A DNA stretch of 64,000 bases, from contig BEIL01000002.1 in assembly GCA_002898235.1 (NCBI GenBank), positions 51,264 through 115,263 of the forward strand, read 5' to 3'. Source of the DNA: a bacterium HR35 (GTDB lineage: Bacteria; Patescibacteriota; Minisyncoccia; UBA6257; HR35). Shown one piece after another: positions 38,790-49,469 of this stretch (the first letter of the stretch is position 1; each line of letters starts with the position of its first letter). The position numbers and the translations under genes were made by a program. The notes below the pieces were generated by a model. The model had not been told where the DNA came from and made no database searches. It saw only the letters and a program-made list of their open reading frames with translations.

Positions 38790-40619
38790 ATGGAAAAAAA
38801 TTTGGAAAATATTAGACATTCATTAGCTCATCTTTTAGCTTCAGCTGTTTTAAGGATTGATCCTCAAGCAAAATTAGGAATTGGGCCAACAACTGAAGAT
38901 GGTTTTTATTATGATTTTCTTTTTTCAATTAAAGTTGATGAAAGTTTTTTGCCAAAATTGGAGTCGATAATGAAAGATTTAATTTCTCAAAATTTAAGAT
39001 TTGTTGGTAAAAAAGTTTCTTTTGCTCAGGCAAAAAAAATTTTTCAAAATCAACCATTTAAATTAGAGTTAATTAATGATTTAAAAAAATATGGCACAAC
39101 TGATTTTAATGAAATTCAATTAATTAAAGCTAAGAAGAAAAAAGCAAAAAAATTAAAGCAAGTGACAATTTATCAGACAGGAGATTTTATTGATTTATGT
39201 CGCGGAGGTCATATTAAAAGCACTAAAGAAATAAATCCTCAAGCTTTTAAATTAATAAAGATCGCTGGTGCCTATTGGCGAGGAGATGAAAAAAATCCAA
39301 TGCTAACAAGAATTTATGGTGTTGCTTTTGAAACTGAAGAGGAGCTTCAAGAATATCTAAAAAGACAAGAAGAAGCAGAAAAATATAATCATCGAGTTTT
39401 AGGAGAAAAATTAAAAATTTTTATGATTTCAGAAGAAGTAGGAAGAGGATTGCCCCTTTTGCTTCCAAATGGTGAAAAGATAAAAAATATCTTAATTGAT
39501 TTTATGAGAGAAAAAGAAGAAAAAAGAGGTTATAAGTATGTAGCCACACCCCATTTGGCTTCAGCTAAACTTTATGAGAGAAGCGGTCATTTAGCCTATT
39601 ATCGAGAAAATATGTTTAGAGTTTTAGATCCTGAAGGAGAAGAATATTTTGTTAAACCAATGAATTGTCCTCATCACCATATGATTTTCCAAAAATTGGT
39701 CAGAAGTTATCGAGATTTACCATTAAAGTTAGCTGAAGCTGGAGCTGTTTATCGTTATGAAAAATCAGGAGAACTTGTAGGTTTAATGAGAGTTAGAGGA
39801 CCAATTACTCAAAATGATTCTCATATTTATGTTGATCCAGAAAATTTAGAAAACGAATTTTTAGATGTTATTGAGCTTTTTGAAGAAACATTTAAGGAGC
39901 TTAAAGTCTTTGAAAACAAGTATTGGTTTCGACTTTCATTGCCTGATTTTAAAGGAAAAAATAAAGAAAAATACGGAGGTGATTTAAAGTTATGGCAATG
40001 GGCAAGTAAAGTAATTGAAAATGCTTGCAAGAAAAAAAATTTAAATTTAGTTCCTGGAATAGGTGAAGCTGCTTTTTATGGACCAAAGCTCGATATTCAA
40101 ATAAGAAATATTTATGGAAAAGAAGAAACATTAGCAACAGTTCAAATTGATATCTTGGTTCCTAAAAGAATGGGACTTTATTATTTTGATAAGAATAATA
40201 AAAAAGAATCGCCTATAGTTATTCATCGAGCAATTGTTGGTTCTTATGAAAGATTTATTGGTTTTCTTTTAGAGGTGACTAAGGGAGAATTACCGTTTTG
40301 GCTTTCACCAATCCAATTTGTTATTTTGCCGGTAAGTGAGAGAAATTTAAAATATACTAATGAGGTCAATTATCTCTTAAAAGAAAAGGGTTTTCGAGGA
40401 GAGATAAGGGTTGAGGAGACTCTTTCTAAAAGAATTTTGGTAGCTGAGGAAGAAAAAATTCCTTTTATTTTAGTTATTGGTGATAAGGAAGAAAGTAATA
40501 GTTCAGTAGCTTTAAGAGTAAGAAAAAAGGGAGATTTGGGAGAGAAGAAAATAGAAGAGGTAGTTAAAATATTTGAAAAATTAGAAGAAAATAAAGATTG
40601 GGAGATAAAAATAAATTGA
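38790..40619 (+). CDS. thrS: Threonyl-tRNA synthetase
   Basis: RHSLAH, DLCRGGH, KPMNCPHH, YRYEKSG, FYGPKLD, IHRA. Confidence 0.98.
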   Translation: MEKNLENIRHSLAHLLASAVLRIDPQAKLGIGPTTEDGFYYDFLFSIKVDESFLPKLESIMKDLISQNLRFVGKKVSFAQAKKIFQNQPFKLELINDLKKYGTTDFNEIQLIKAKKKKAKKLKQVTIYQTGDFIDLCRGGHIKSTKEINPQAFKLIKIAGAYWRGDEKNPMLTRIYGVAFETEEELQEYLKRQEEAEKYNHRVLGEKLKIFMISEEVGRGLPLLLPNGEKIKNILIDFMREKEEKRGYKYVATPHLASAKLYERSGHLAYYRENMFRVLDPEGEEYFVKPMNCPHHHMIFQKLVRSYRDLPLKLAEAGAVYRYEKSGELVGLMRVRGPITQNDSHIYVDPENLENEFLDVIELFEETFKELKVFENKYWFRLSLPDFKGKNKEKYGGDLKLWQWASKVIENACKKKNLNLVPGIGEAAFYGPKLDIQIRNIYGKEETLATVQIDILVPKRMGLYYFDKNNKKESPIVIHRAIVGSYERFIGFLLEVTKGELPFWLSPIQFVILPVSERNLKYTNEVNYLLKEKGFRGEIRVEETLSKRILVAEEEKIPFILVIGDKEESNSSVALRVRKKGDLGEKKIEEVVKIFEKLEENKDWEIKIN

Positions 40620-40644
40620 CTTTAAAATAAAAGAATGTTAAAAT
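40616..40644 (+). promoter_or_regulatory. Sigma70 promoter of the tuf-S10 operon
   Basis: TTGACT, 17 bp spacer, extended TG-T-TAAAAT. Confidence 0.7.
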
Positions 40645-40692
40645 ATTATTTAAGCTTCGAGGTCGTTTTTTATTTTCACTTAAAAAATTGAA

Positions 40693-41889
40693 ATGGCAGC
40701 CAAATTTGAAAGAACAAAACCTCATATTAATGTCGGAACAATTGGTCATATTGATCACGGAAAAACAACCCTAACTTCGGCTATAACTCATATTTTAAAA
40801 CTTAAAGGATTAGCTGAAAGAGCTTTGGCTTATGAAGAAATTGATAAGGCACCAGAAGAAAAAGCTCGAGGAATTACTATTAATATCCATCACTGTGAAT
40901 ATGAAACAGAAAAAAGACACTATGCTCATATTGACTGTCCAGGACATGCTGACTATGTTAAGAATATGATTGTTGGTGCTGCTCAAATGGATGGAGCTAT
41001 TTTAGTTGTTGCTGCTAATGATGGGGTAATGGCTCAAACAAGAGAACATATTTTACTTGCTCGTCAGGTTAATGTTCCAGCAATTGTTGTTTTTATTAAT
41101 AAAGTTGATTTGGTTCTTGATAAAGAATTGATTGATTTAGTCGAAGAAGATGTTAGGGCTGAACTTAAAAAACATGGTTATCCTGGAGATGAAGTTCCAG
41201 TTATTCGTGGTTCAGCTTTAAAAGCTTTGGAAGCTAAATCATTAGATGATCCTTGGGCTAAGCCTATTTTAGAGCTTTTAGATGCTTTGGATAATTACAT
41301 TCCTGAACCAGTAAGAGAAATTGATAAACCATTTCTTCTTCCAATTGAAGATATTTTTGTTATTGAAGGACGAGGTACAGTAGTTACCGGAAGAGTTGAA
41401 AGAGGAAAAATTACCCTTAACGAAGAAGTTGAATTAGTTGGTTTAAGACACGAGCCATTTAAAACAGTAGTTACCGGTATTCAAATGTTCCATAAAGATA
41501 TGGATGAAGCAATTGCTGGTGATAACGTTGGATTACTTTTAAGAGGGGTTAAAAAAGAAGATGTTGAAAGAGGAATGGTAGTAGCTAAACCAGGAACAAT
41601 TACTCCACATACTGAATTTGAAGCTGAGGTTTATGTTTTAACTCCAGAAGAAGGAGGAAGACATACTCCTTTTACTTCAGGTTATAAACCTCAATTCTAT
41701 TTCCGAACTACTGATGTTACTGGTGAAATTAAGCTATCAGAAGGAATTGAATTTATCAATCCTGGTGACAATGCTAAAATTAAAGTAACTTTGATTTATC
41801 CCATTGCCTTAGAAGAAGGCTTAAGGTTTGCTATTCGTGAAGGAGGAAAAACCGTAGGAGCTGGAGTAGTAACGAAGATTATAAAGTAA
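40693..41889 (+). CDS. tuf: Elongation factor Tu
   Basis: [25 protein letters not shown]. Confidence 0.99.
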   Translation: MAAKFERTKPHINVGTIGHIDHGKTTLTSAITHILKLKGLAERALAYEEIDKAPEEKARGITINIHHCEYETEKRHYAHIDCPGHADYVKNMIVGAAQMDGAILVVAANDGVMAQTREHILLARQVNVPAIVVFINKVDLVLDKELIDLVEEDVRAELKKHGYPGDEVPVIRGSALKALEAKSLDDPWAKPILELLDALDNYIPEPVREIDKPFLLPIEDIFVIEGRGTVVTGRVERGKITLNEEVELVGLRHEPFKTVVTGIQMFHKDMDEAIAGDNVGLLLRGVKKEDVERGMVVAKPGTITPHTEFEAEVYVLTPEEGGRHTPFTSGYKPQFYFRTTDVTGEIKLSEGIEFINPGDNAKIKVTLIYPIALEEGLRFAIREGGKTVGAGVVTKIIK

Positions 41890-41904
41890 AATAAAAGATT
41901 AAAA

Positions 41905-42234
41905 ATGCCAAAAGCAACCTCAAAAACAGAAAATAAAGTTAGAATTAGATTTAAATCTTACGACCACCGTCTTTTAGATAAATATCTTAAAGAAATAGTT
42001 AATTTGCTAGCAAAAGAAGGAATTCAAGTTATTGGTCCTATTCCTTTACCTACTGAGTATCGCCGCTATACAGTTAACAGATCGCCTTTTATTTACAAAG
42101 ATTCACGAGAGCAATTCGAAATTACCATTCATAAAAGAATTATTGATATAGTTAATCCAAGTCAAAGAGTTTTAGAACTTTTAAATTCACTTGATTTACC
42201 GGCAGGTATTGAAGTAGAAATTAAACTTCTTTAA
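41905..42234 (+). CDS. rpsJ: 30S ribosomal protein S10
   Basis: GPIPLPT, RSPF..KDSREQFE. Confidence 0.98.
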   Translation: MPKATSKTENKVRIRFKSYDHRLLDKYLKEIVNLLAKEGIQVIGPIPLPTEYRRYTVNRSPFIYKDSREQFEITIHKRIIDIVNPSQRVLELLNSLDLPAGIEVEIKLL

Positions 42235-42251
42235 AAGATAGAATTTCAAAA

Positions 42252-42941
42252 ATGATTTCAGTTGAAAATTTAAAACCAAAATTTTTATTAGGAAGAAAAA
42301 TTGGAATGACTCAAATTTTTAAGGATGATTTTCTTATTCCAGTAACTGTTATTTTAGCTGGTCCTTGTAAGGTTATCGGTTTGAAATTTAAAGAAAAAGA
42401 TGGTTATTCAGCTGTAGTTTTGGGTTTTGAAGAAAGCAAAAAAATACCTAAACCAGTTAAGGGTATTTTGAAAGATTTAGGCAATTTCAGAATTTTGAAA
42501 GAATTCCGTTTACCTCAAGATCCTAATGATTTTCAAATAGGCGATGTTTTGGATGTTGATATTTTTCAAGTAGGTGAATTTGTTAATGTTACTTCTAAAA
42601 GAAAAGCTAAAGGTTTTCAGGGACCAGTTAAAAGGCATGGCTTTTCCGGTGGACCTAAATCTCATGGACAGGAAGATAGATTAAGACATCCTGGTTCAAT
42701 TGGAGCAACAACTCCCCAAAGAGTGATTAAAGGAAAAAAAATGGCTGGCAAGGTTTCAATGCAAAAAGTAACAGTGAAAAATTTAGAGATAGTTGATATT
42801 TTGCCAGAAGACCACCTTTTGGTAGTTAAAGGTAGTGTTCCTGGATCTAATGGTCGATTGGTGGAAATCAGAAGCAATTTTCTTTCAAATAGAGGAAATA
42901 TTTTTCTAACAAGAGAAATTATTAAAACTCTAAAGAAGTAA
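42252..42941 (+). CDS. rplC: 50S ribosomal protein L3
   Basis: KIGMTQIF, KGFQG, PGSIG. Confidence 0.98.
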   Translation: MISVENLKPKFLLGRKIGMTQIFKDDFLIPVTVILAGPCKVIGLKFKEKDGYSAVVLGFEESKKIPKPVKGILKDLGNFRILKEFRLPQDPNDFQIGDVLDVDIFQVGEFVNVTSKRKAKGFQGPVKRHGFSGGPKSHGQEDRLRHPGSIGATTPQRVIKGKKMAGKVSMQKVTVKNLEIVDILPEDHLLVVKGSVPGSNGRLVEIRSNFLSNRGNIFLTREIIKTLKK

Positions 42942-42942
42942 A

Positions 42943-43593
42943 ATGAAAGTTCCGGTTTATAATAAAGAAGGACAAGTGATTGAAGAGATTGAAATTCCTA
43001 AAGAAATAAGTGAACTTGAATTTAATAAAGATTTAGTTCATCAAGTAATGAGATGGCAAATGCTGAATAGCTATTTTCCTTATGCTCACACTAAAACAAG
43101 AGCCGAAGTTAGAGGAGGAGGAAGAAAGCCTTGGCCCCAAAAACATACCGGTCGAGCTCGCCATGGTTCTATTAGATCACCCATTTGGAGAAAAGGAGGA
43201 GTAACTTTTGGTCCAAGAAAAGAAAAGATAAGAAATATTAAAGTTAATAAAAAAATGAGAAGAAAAGCAATTTTAATGGTTTTAGCTGAAAAATTAAGAA
43301 GGAATTATTTAAAAATTTTTGATGATTTAAATTTTGCTAATGGTAAAACTAAAGAAGTAGCAAAATTTTTAGCAAAATTTTTAGCAAAAAGAAAAACAAA
43401 GAAAAAAAGAGAAACAGCCCTTTTGGTTTTAGAAAATAATAATCGAGAAACAATTAGAGGAACAAGAAACTTGCCTTATGCTGATGCTATTGAGGCAAGA
43501 AATTTAAATATCTTATCTTTACTTAATCACAAATATGTTTTTTTAGAAAAGAGAGCAATTAATAAAATTTTGACAACTTTTAAAATAAAATAA
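42943..43593 (+). CDS. rplD: 50S ribosomal protein L4
   Basis: TKTRAEVRGGGRKPWPQKHTGRARHGS. Confidence 0.98.
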   Translation: MKVPVYNKEGQVIEEIEIPKEISELEFNKDLVHQVMRWQMLNSYFPYAHTKTRAEVRGGGRKPWPQKHTGRARHGSIRSPIWRKGGVTFGPRKEKIRNIKVNKKMRRKAILMVLAEKLRRNYLKIFDDLNFANGKTKEVAKFLAKFLAKRKTKKKRETALLVLENNNRETIRGTRNLPYADAIEARNLNILSLLNHKYVFLEKRAINKILTTFKIK

Positions 43594-43594
43594 A

Positions 43595-43996
43595 ATGTCT
43601 TTATGGGATAAAATCTGGGGAGGTAAAATTTGGGGTAAAAAGAAAGAAGAGGAAGAGAAAAAGAAAAAAGAAGAAGATTTTAAAGTTGATGAGAAAAAAA
43701 TTTCTTTAAAATCGTCTTTGACAGCTAATTATCTATTTGTGCCTTTAATTACTGAGAAATCGATGAATCTTATTAGGGAGCAAAATGCTTATACTTTTAT
43801 TGTTGATCATCGACTGAATAAAAACCAAATAAAAAAAATTGTCAAAGAGCTTTTTGGAGTAAAAATTAAGAAGATAAGAACAGCTAATTATAAAAAAAGA
43901 GTTAGAGGAATTTATTTAATTAAATCAACTCGACCAAGGTTTAAAAAAGCTGTTATTTTTCTTGAAGCTGGAGAAAAAATCCCTATTTTTGAATAA
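43595..43996 (+). CDS. rplW: 50S ribosomal protein L23 with N-terminal extension
   Basis: PLITEKS, YTFIV, KKAVI; operon position. Confidence 0.93.
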   Translation: MSLWDKIWGGKIWGKKKEEEEKKKKEEDFKVDEKKISLKSSLTANYLFVPLITEKSMNLIREQNAYTFIVDHRLNKNQIKKIVKELFGVKIKKIRTANYKKRVRGIYLIKSTRPRFKKAVIFLEAGEKIPIFE

Positions 43997-44055
43997 ATAA
44001 TTTTATGTTATAATTAAAAAATAGCGCGAAAAAGTTTTTTTATTTTGCTTATAAA

Positions 44056-44892
44056 ATGCCGGTTAAAACAGTTAAATCAAGAAGTAAAAGCAAGATTGTT
44101 AAGACAGTTATTGATTATAAGAGTGTTTTGACTACTGATGAACCTTATAAGCCCCTTTTAATTAGTTTAAAAAAAAGAATAGCTCGCAATAATCAGGGAA
44201 GAATTACTACTCGGTTTCGAGCTAATCCTTACCACCGAAGACTTTATCGTTTGATTGATTTTTCTCGAAGAGATAGATTAAATATTCCAGCTAAAGTAGA
44301 AACAATCGAATATGATCCTAATCGAACTGCCTTTATTATGCTTGTTTGTTATCAAGATGGTGTCCGAAGATATCATTTGGCTCCTGAAGGAATTAAAGTA
44401 GGAGAAACTATTATTTGTAGTGAAAATGCTGAACAAAAAATTGGAAATAGATTGCCCTTAAAAAACATTAATCCAGGAACAGAAATTTATGAAATTGAAA
44501 TTTTCCCAGGTTCTGGAGGAAAACTTGTTAGAGCTGCTGGTAGTTTCGCTACCATGATGGGAATTGAAGGTGATTACGCAATTATTAAAATGCCATCAAA
44601 AGAAATAAGAAAATTTCATAAAGACTGTTTGGCAACAATTGGCAGAGTTTCTAATTCTGATCATCGAAATGTGAGAAGAGGTAAAGCTGGAAGAAATAGA
44701 TGGAAAGGTATTAGACCAAATGTTCGAGGAAGTGCTATGAATGCCCGTGATCATCCATATGGTGGTGGTGAAGGTAAAACCACAAGGGGTACCAGAAAGC
44801 CAAAAGATAAATGGGGAAATGTTACCGGTGGAAGAAAAACAAGAAATCCAAGAAAACCGTCAACTAAATTTATTATCCAAAGAAGAAAATAA
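44056..44892 (+). CDS. rplB: 50S ribosomal protein L2
   Basis: [17 protein letters not shown]. Confidence 0.98.
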   Translation: MPVKTVKSRSKSKIVKTVIDYKSVLTTDEPYKPLLISLKKRIARNNQGRITTRFRANPYHRRLYRLIDFSRRDRLNIPAKVETIEYDPNRTAFIMLVCYQDGVRRYHLAPEGIKVGETIICSENAEQKIGNRLPLKNINPGTEIYEIEIFPGSGGKLVRAAGSFATMMGIEGDYAIIKMPSKEIRKFHKDCLATIGRVSNSDHRNVRRGKAGRNRWKGIRPNVRGSAMNARDHPYGGGEGKTTRGTRKPKDKWGNVTGGRKTRNPRKPSTKFIIQRRK

Positions 44893-44894
44893 AA

Positions 44895-45221
44895 ATGGGA
44901 AGAAGCCTAAAAAAAGGACCATTTGTTGATTCCAAACTTTTAAAGAAAGTAATGAAAGTTAGAAGTTTGCCAAGAGATGAATGGGATAAATATCCAATAA
45001 AAACTTATTCTCGTGCTTCAATGATTACTCCTGAAATGGTTGGCTTAACATTTTTAGTTCATAATGGCAAAGATTTTGTTAAAGTTAAAGCAATTGATGA
45101 TATGGTTGGTCATCGATTAGGTGAATTTGCTTTGACAAGAAAATTCATTCGCCATGGTGGTAAAGCATTTCGAGAATTAGAAAAGAAATTAGGTCAAGCT
45201 TCAACAGCAATGAAACAATAA
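44895..45221 (+). CDS. rpsS: 30S ribosomal protein S19
   Basis: [19 protein letters not shown]. Confidence 0.98.
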   Translation: MGRSLKKGPFVDSKLLKKVMKVRSLPRDEWDKYPIKTYSRASMITPEMVGLTFLVHNGKDFVKVKAIDDMVGHRLGEFALTRKFIRHGGKAFRELEKKLGQASTAMKQ

Positions 45222-45223
45222 AA

Positions 45224-45559
45224 ATGGCTGAGATTAAAGCTATTTTAAGATATTTCAGAATGTCACCCAGAAAAGTTAGAATGGTAGCCAAGATGATAAA
45301 AGGTTTACCAGTTAAAAGAGCTGAAAAAGAGCTTTTGTTTAGAAATAAGAAAGCAGCTAAAGCTTTGCTTAAACTTTTAAAATCAGCAGTAAATAATGCA
45401 GTTAATAAGGGTTTAGCTGAAGATGAATTAGTAGTTAAAAATGTCTTAGTCAATAAAGGACCGGTTTATAAAAGATATTATCCTAAAGCTCAGGGAAGAG
45501 TTGGTTTGATTAATAGGCAAACGTCGCATATCGAAATTATTTTAGAAAACAAAAAATAA
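45224..45559 (+). CDS. rplV: 50S ribosomal protein L22
   Basis: SPRKVRMV, LKSAVNNA, TSHI. Confidence 0.97.
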   Translation: MAEIKAILRYFRMSPRKVRMVAKMIKGLPVKRAEKELLFRNKKAAKALLKLLKSAVNNAVNKGLAEDELVVKNVLVNKGPVYKRYYPKAQGRVGLINRQTSHIEIILENKK

Positions 45560-45560
45560 A

Positions 45561-46244
45561 ATGGGTCATAAAGTTTCCCCTTATGCTTTAAGAATTGGAA
45601 TTAATCGTAATTGGCGTTCTCGCTGGTTTTTTAGCAAATTCCTTCCCGTTTTTCTGGAAGCTGATTATCTTATTAGAAAAGAGATTGAGAAAGCATTTCC
45701 TCGCCACGGAATTATTGATGTTATTATTGAAAGAAAAAGTTTAGATCAATGTAAAGTTGAAATTTACGCTGCTAAACCAGGAGTTATTGTTGGTAAAGAA
45801 GGTCAAAATTTAAAAAACCTTTACCAAAAACTTAATAAAGTTCTTAAACCTCTTTTTGAAAAAACTAAACTGACTTATCCTCAATTAGAAATCGCAGTTA
45901 TTGAAATTAAAAAACCATATCTTTATGCTCCTTATTTAGCTGAACAGGTGGCTCTTCAAATCGAAAAAGGAGTTCGAACAAGAATTGCTATTAAAAATAT
46001 TATTAATAAGGTAAAAGAAATTAAAGAAATTCAGGGAATTAAAGTTAAAGTTTCTGGAAGAATTGATGGTGCTACTATTCATCGCCAAGAAACTTTAAGT
46101 TGGGGAAAACTTCCTTTATCTAAATTAACAGCTGATATAGATTATGGTTTTAAAGTGGCTATGACAAAATATGGAACAATTGGTGTTAAGGTTTGGCTTT
46201 ATCGGGGCGATAAAAAGGGTTATTTAGAAAATGCTCCAGCCTAG
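45561..46244 (+). CDS. rpsC: 30S ribosomal protein S3
   Basis: MGHKVSP, KPGVIVG, GTIGVKVW. Confidence 0.98.
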   Translation: MGHKVSPYALRIGINRNWRSRWFFSKFLPVFLEADYLIRKEIEKAFPRHGIIDVIIERKSLDQCKVEIYAAKPGVIVGKEGQNLKNLYQKLNKVLKPLFEKTKLTYPQLEIAVIEIKKPYLYAPYLAEQVALQIEKGVRTRIAIKNIINKVKEIKEIQGIKVKVSGRIDGATIHRQETLSWGKLPLSKLTADIDYGFKVAMTKYGTIGVKVWLYRGDKKGYLENAPA

Positions 46245-46644
46245 AAAATTAAAATATCGAAAAGCTTTTAAAGGAAGGTCTTTAAATAGAAAGATAACTA
46301 CCAAAGGCCATCTTTTAGCTTATGGAGAAATGGGGCTTAAGGCTTTAGAAACTAAAATGGTTGATTCTCGAGAAATCGAAGCAGTAATTAATGAACTTAA
46401 AAGAAGATTGGGGAAAAGAGGTAGATATTGGTTAAGAATTTTTCCTCATAAACCAAAAACTAAAAAACCTCCGGAAGTAAGAATGGGTGGTGGCAAAGGA
46501 GATGTTGAAACCTATGTTGCTCTTGTAAGGCCAGGAACAATTATGTTTGAAGTAAGCGGTCTGCCCAAAGAAACCCTTAAGGAAATTCTTAGAGGAGTTC
46601 AGCATAAACTTTCGGTCAAAACAAAAATTGTTAGTGAAGAATGA
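46231..46644 (+). CDS. rplP: 50S ribosomal protein L16
   Basis: MLQPRKLKYRK, RMGGGKG. Confidence 0.98.
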   Translation: MLQPRKLKYRKAFKGRSLNRKITTKGHLLAYGEMGLKALETKMVDSREIEAVINELKRRLGKRGRYWLRIFPHKPKTKKPPEVRMGGGKGDVETYVALVRPGTIMFEVSGLPKETLKEILRGVQHKLSVKTKIVSEE

Positions 46645-46835
46645 AAGCCAAAGAATTAAGAAATAAATCATTGGAAGAACTTAAAAGATTAGAAGGAGAA
46701 TTAAGAAAAAAAATCCAAGAATTAAAAATGCTTAAAGCTTTAAAAAAACTTGATAAACCCCATCTTTTAAAATTAACTCGAAAAGATTTAGCTCGGGTCT
46801 TAACTGTTATTAAAGAAAAATTAATTCAAAAATGA
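46641..46835 (+). CDS. rpmC: 50S ribosomal protein L29
   Basis: MKAKELR, RKDLARVLT. Confidence 0.96.
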   Translation: MKAKELRNKSLEELKRLEGELRKKIQELKMLKALKKLDKPHLLKLTRKDLARVLTVIKEKLIQK

Positions 46836-47077
46836 GAAAACAAGTTATTGGAAAAGTAATTTCAGATAAGATGCAAAAAACAAGAGTAGTTGTAAGTGAA
46901 ACTTTAAGAAAGCATCCTTTATATAAGAAATATTATCGTCATCGAACTAAATATTATGTTCATGATGAAAGAGAAGAATCAAAAATTGGTGATCTTGTTT
47001 TAATCGAAGAAACTCGACCTTTATCTAAGCTTAAAAGGTGGCGTTTAGTAAAAATTATTAAAAGAAGCGAAAAATGA
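46832..47077 (+). CDS. rpsQ: 30S ribosomal protein S17
   Basis: SDKMQKT, ETRPLSK. Confidence 0.97.
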   Translation: MRKQVIGKVISDKMQKTRVVVSETLRKHPLYKKYYRHRTKYYVHDEREESKIGDLVLIEETRPLSKLKRWRLVKIIKRSEK

Positions 47078-47442
47078 TTCAAAGAAGAACAATTTTAAAA
47101 TGCGCCGATAACTCAGGAGCAATTAAGCTTCAATGTATAGGAATTGTTGGTAAAGGAAATGCTAAATATGCCCAGATTGGTGATATTATTACTTGTTCAG
47201 TTAAAGAAGCTGAACCGAGAAGAGAAGTTAAAAAAGGAATGGTGGTTAGATGTTTAGTTGTAAGGCAAAAAAAACCTTTTAGACGAAAAGATGGTACTTA
47301 TATTCGTTTTGAAGAGAATAGTTGTGTTATTTTAAAAGGAGATAAAGATATTTATGGAACCAGAATTTTTGGTCCAATTCCTCGAGAAATTAAAGATTTG
47401 GGATACGATAAAATCGCTAATTTAGCCCCAGAAATTGTTTAA
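47074..47442 (+). CDS. rplN: 50S ribosomal protein L14
   Basis: ADNSGA, GTRIFGP. Confidence 0.98.
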   Translation: MIQRRTILKCADNSGAIKLQCIGIVGKGNAKYAQIGDIITCSVKEAEPRREVKKGMVVRCLVVRQKKPFRRKDGTYIRFEENSCVILKGDKDIYGTRIFGPIPREIKDLGYDKIANLAPEIV

Positions 47443-47443
47443 A

Positions 47444-47755
47444 ATGCAAAAATTTAAAAAAGGTGATACAGTTTTAATTAAAAAAGGAAAAGATAGAGGA
47501 AAAACTGGCAAAATTTTAAAAGTTTTTCCAAAAGAAATGAAAGTTTTAGTTGAGGGTTTAAATTTAGTGAAAAAACACTTAAAACCAAAAAGAGTTGGCG
47601 AGAAAGGTAAAATTATTGAAATACCTGCTCCAATTTCTTGGGCTAATTTAAGACTTATCTGTCCTTCTTGCCAAAAACCAACAAGAGTAGGTTTTCGTTT
47701 TGAAAATGAAAAAAAGGTCAGATATTGTAAAAAATGTAATAAGAGAATAGATTAA
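47444..47755 (+). CDS. rplX: 50S ribosomal protein L24
   Basis: KOW motif KKGDTV..GKDRGKTG; CxxC..CxxC tail; ATG at 47444. Confidence 0.97.
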   Translation: MQKFKKGDTVLIKKGKDRGKTGKILKVFPKEMKVLVEGLNLVKKHLKPKRVGEKGKIIEIPAPISWANLRLICPSCQKPTRVGFRFENEKKVRYCKKCNKRID

Positions 47756-47757
47756 TC

Positions 47758-48315
47758 ATGAGCCTAAGAGAAAAATTTTACCAAGAAATTTTACCTCAGC
47801 TTAAGAAAGAATTAAACTTAAAGAATGATTTAAGAGTGCCTCGCCCAATTAAAGCAATTGTTCAAATTGGAATTGGAAAAATGATAGCTAATCATCCTGA
47901 GGCTAAAGACAAAATTATTGAAGATGCTTCTTACGTTCTTTCAATGATGACTGGGCAAAAACCAAAAATAGTTACTGCTAAAAAATCAGTTGCAGGTTTT
48001 AAGCTTAGAAAGGGAATGCCAGTTGCTGTTTTGGTAACTTTAAGAAGAAAAAGGCTCTTAGATTTTATCGAAAGACTTTTAGTTTACGCTTTGCCTCGAG
48101 CAAAAGATTTTAAGGGTTTGACAAATGATAATTTTGATAGCAAAGGAAATATTAATTTAGGCTTAAGAGAAACCAATATCTTTCCAGAGACAATTTCTGA
48201 TAAAATTAAATATAGCTTTGGTTTTAGTGTTAATTTGGTCGGTTCAGGAAAAACAAAAGAAGAAAATCTTAAACTTTGGGAAAAATTAGGTTTTCCCTTA
48301 AAGATTAAAAAATAA
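47758..48315 (+). CDS. rplE: 50S ribosomal protein L5
   Basis: [22 protein letters not shown]. Confidence 0.97.
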   Translation: MSLREKFYQEILPQLKKELNLKNDLRVPRPIKAIVQIGIGKMIANHPEAKDKIIEDASYVLSMMTGQKPKIVTAKKSVAGFKLRKGMPVAVLVTLRRKRLLDFIERLLVYALPRAKDFKGLTNDNFDSKGNINLGLRETNIFPETISDKIKYSFGFSVNLVGSGKTKEENLKLWEKLGFPLKIKK

Positions 48316-48500
48316 TGCCTAGCAAAGCCCAAATTGAGAGGTGGAAAAAAGAACCAAAATTTAAAACTAGAAAAAGAAATTTTTGCTTTCGCTGTGGTCG
48401 AACTCGAGGTTACTTTCGAGATTTTAATTTGTGTCGAATTTGTTTAAGAGAAATGGCTCACCGGGGAGAAATTCCCGGTTTGAAAAAAGCCAGCTGGTAA
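48315..48500 (+). CDS. rpsN: 30S ribosomal protein S14 (Zn-binding type)
   Basis: [18 protein letters not shown]. Confidence 0.97.
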   Translation: MPSKAQIERWKKEPKFKTRKRNFCFRCGRTRGYFRDFNLCRICLREMAHRGEIPGLKKASW

Positions 48501-48502
48501 TC

Positions 48503-48901
48503 ATGACAATGACTGATCCAATTGCTGACTTTTTGACAAGAATTAGAAATGGTTTAAGAGTTAAAAAGAAAAAGACATCTGCTCCTTATTCAAAATTAAA
48601 ATTAGCTATTTGCAAAATTTTAAAGGAGAAAGAATTAATTAACGATTTTAAAATTCAAGAAAATGAAGGTAAAAAAACTTTAATTGTTTTTTTGAAATAT
48701 GATGAAAACGGGGAACCTTTAATTGAAGATATCAAAAGAATTTCTAAACCAGGCAGAAGAGTATATTTAGGCTATCGAGAACTTAAACCTGTAAGGGGTG
48801 GTTTTGGCTTTAGGATTATTTCAACTTCTCGAGGAATAATGACCGATGTTGAGGCTCGAAAAAGAAAACTTGGCGGCGAAGTAATTTGCGAAATTATATA
48901 A
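48503..48901 (+). CDS. rpsH: 30S ribosomal protein S8
   Basis: TDPIADFLTRIRN, SKPGRRVY, GGEVIC; start 48503 or 48509. Confidence 0.97.
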   Translation: MTMTDPIADFLTRIRNGLRVKKKKTSAPYSKLKLAICKILKEKELINDFKIQENEGKKTLIVFLKYDENGEPLIEDIKRISKPGRRVYLGYRELKPVRGGFGFRIISTSRGIMTDVEARKRKLGGEVICEII

Positions 48902-48904
48902 TTA

Positions 48905-49465
48905 ATGTCCAAAATAGGCAAAAAACCAATAATTATTCCAGAAAAAGTTGAGATTGTAAGAAGAAATAGTGAAATTTTAATTAAAGGTCCTTTGGGTGAG
49001 CTAAATTTTTCTTATCCTGAAGATATTTTTAAAATTGAAATAACCAATAAAGAAATTAAAATTTTTCCTAAAAATCTTGAAGAATTAGATAGAAAAACAA
49101 AGGCTTTATGGGGAACTTTAAGAGCTTTGCTCCAAAATAAAATAACTGGAGTTACAACTGGTTTTTCTAAAACTTTAATACTTCAAGGTTTAGGATACAA
49201 TGCTGAAGTTAAAGGTAGAGAGATAATTTTTAAGCTTGGTTATTCTCATCCAGTATCTTTACCAATTCCCGAAGGAATTGAAGTGGAAATAAAACAAGAA
49301 AAAGGAAGGGTTTTAATTATTGTTAAAGGAATTGATAAAGAAAAAGTCGGTAATTTTGCAGCTAAAATTAAAGAACTTAAACCAGCTGATCGTTATCATC
49401 TGAAAGGCTTTATGTACGAAGGCGAATTCATTCCTACTAAACCAGTTAAAAAATTAGGTAAATAA
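48905..49465 (+). CDS. rplF: 50S ribosomal protein L6
   Basis: SKIGKKPI, KGPLG, LGYSHP. Confidence 0.97.
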   Translation: MSKIGKKPIIIPEKVEIVRRNSEILIKGPLGELNFSYPEDIFKIEITNKEIKIFPKNLEELDRKTKALWGTLRALLQNKITGVTTGFSKTLILQGLGYNAEVKGREIIFKLGYSHPVSLPIPEGIEVEIKQEKGRVLIIVKGIDKEKVGNFAAKIKELKPADRYHLKGFMYEGEFIPTKPVKKLGK

Positions 49466-49469
49466 AAAG

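Noticed and set aside
28621-40758. Short ORFs 28621-28947, 29633-29860, 31043-31243, 38306-38521, 39827-40030, 39949-40137 and 40564-40758
   Set aside because: Antisense to better-supported genes or pseudogenes
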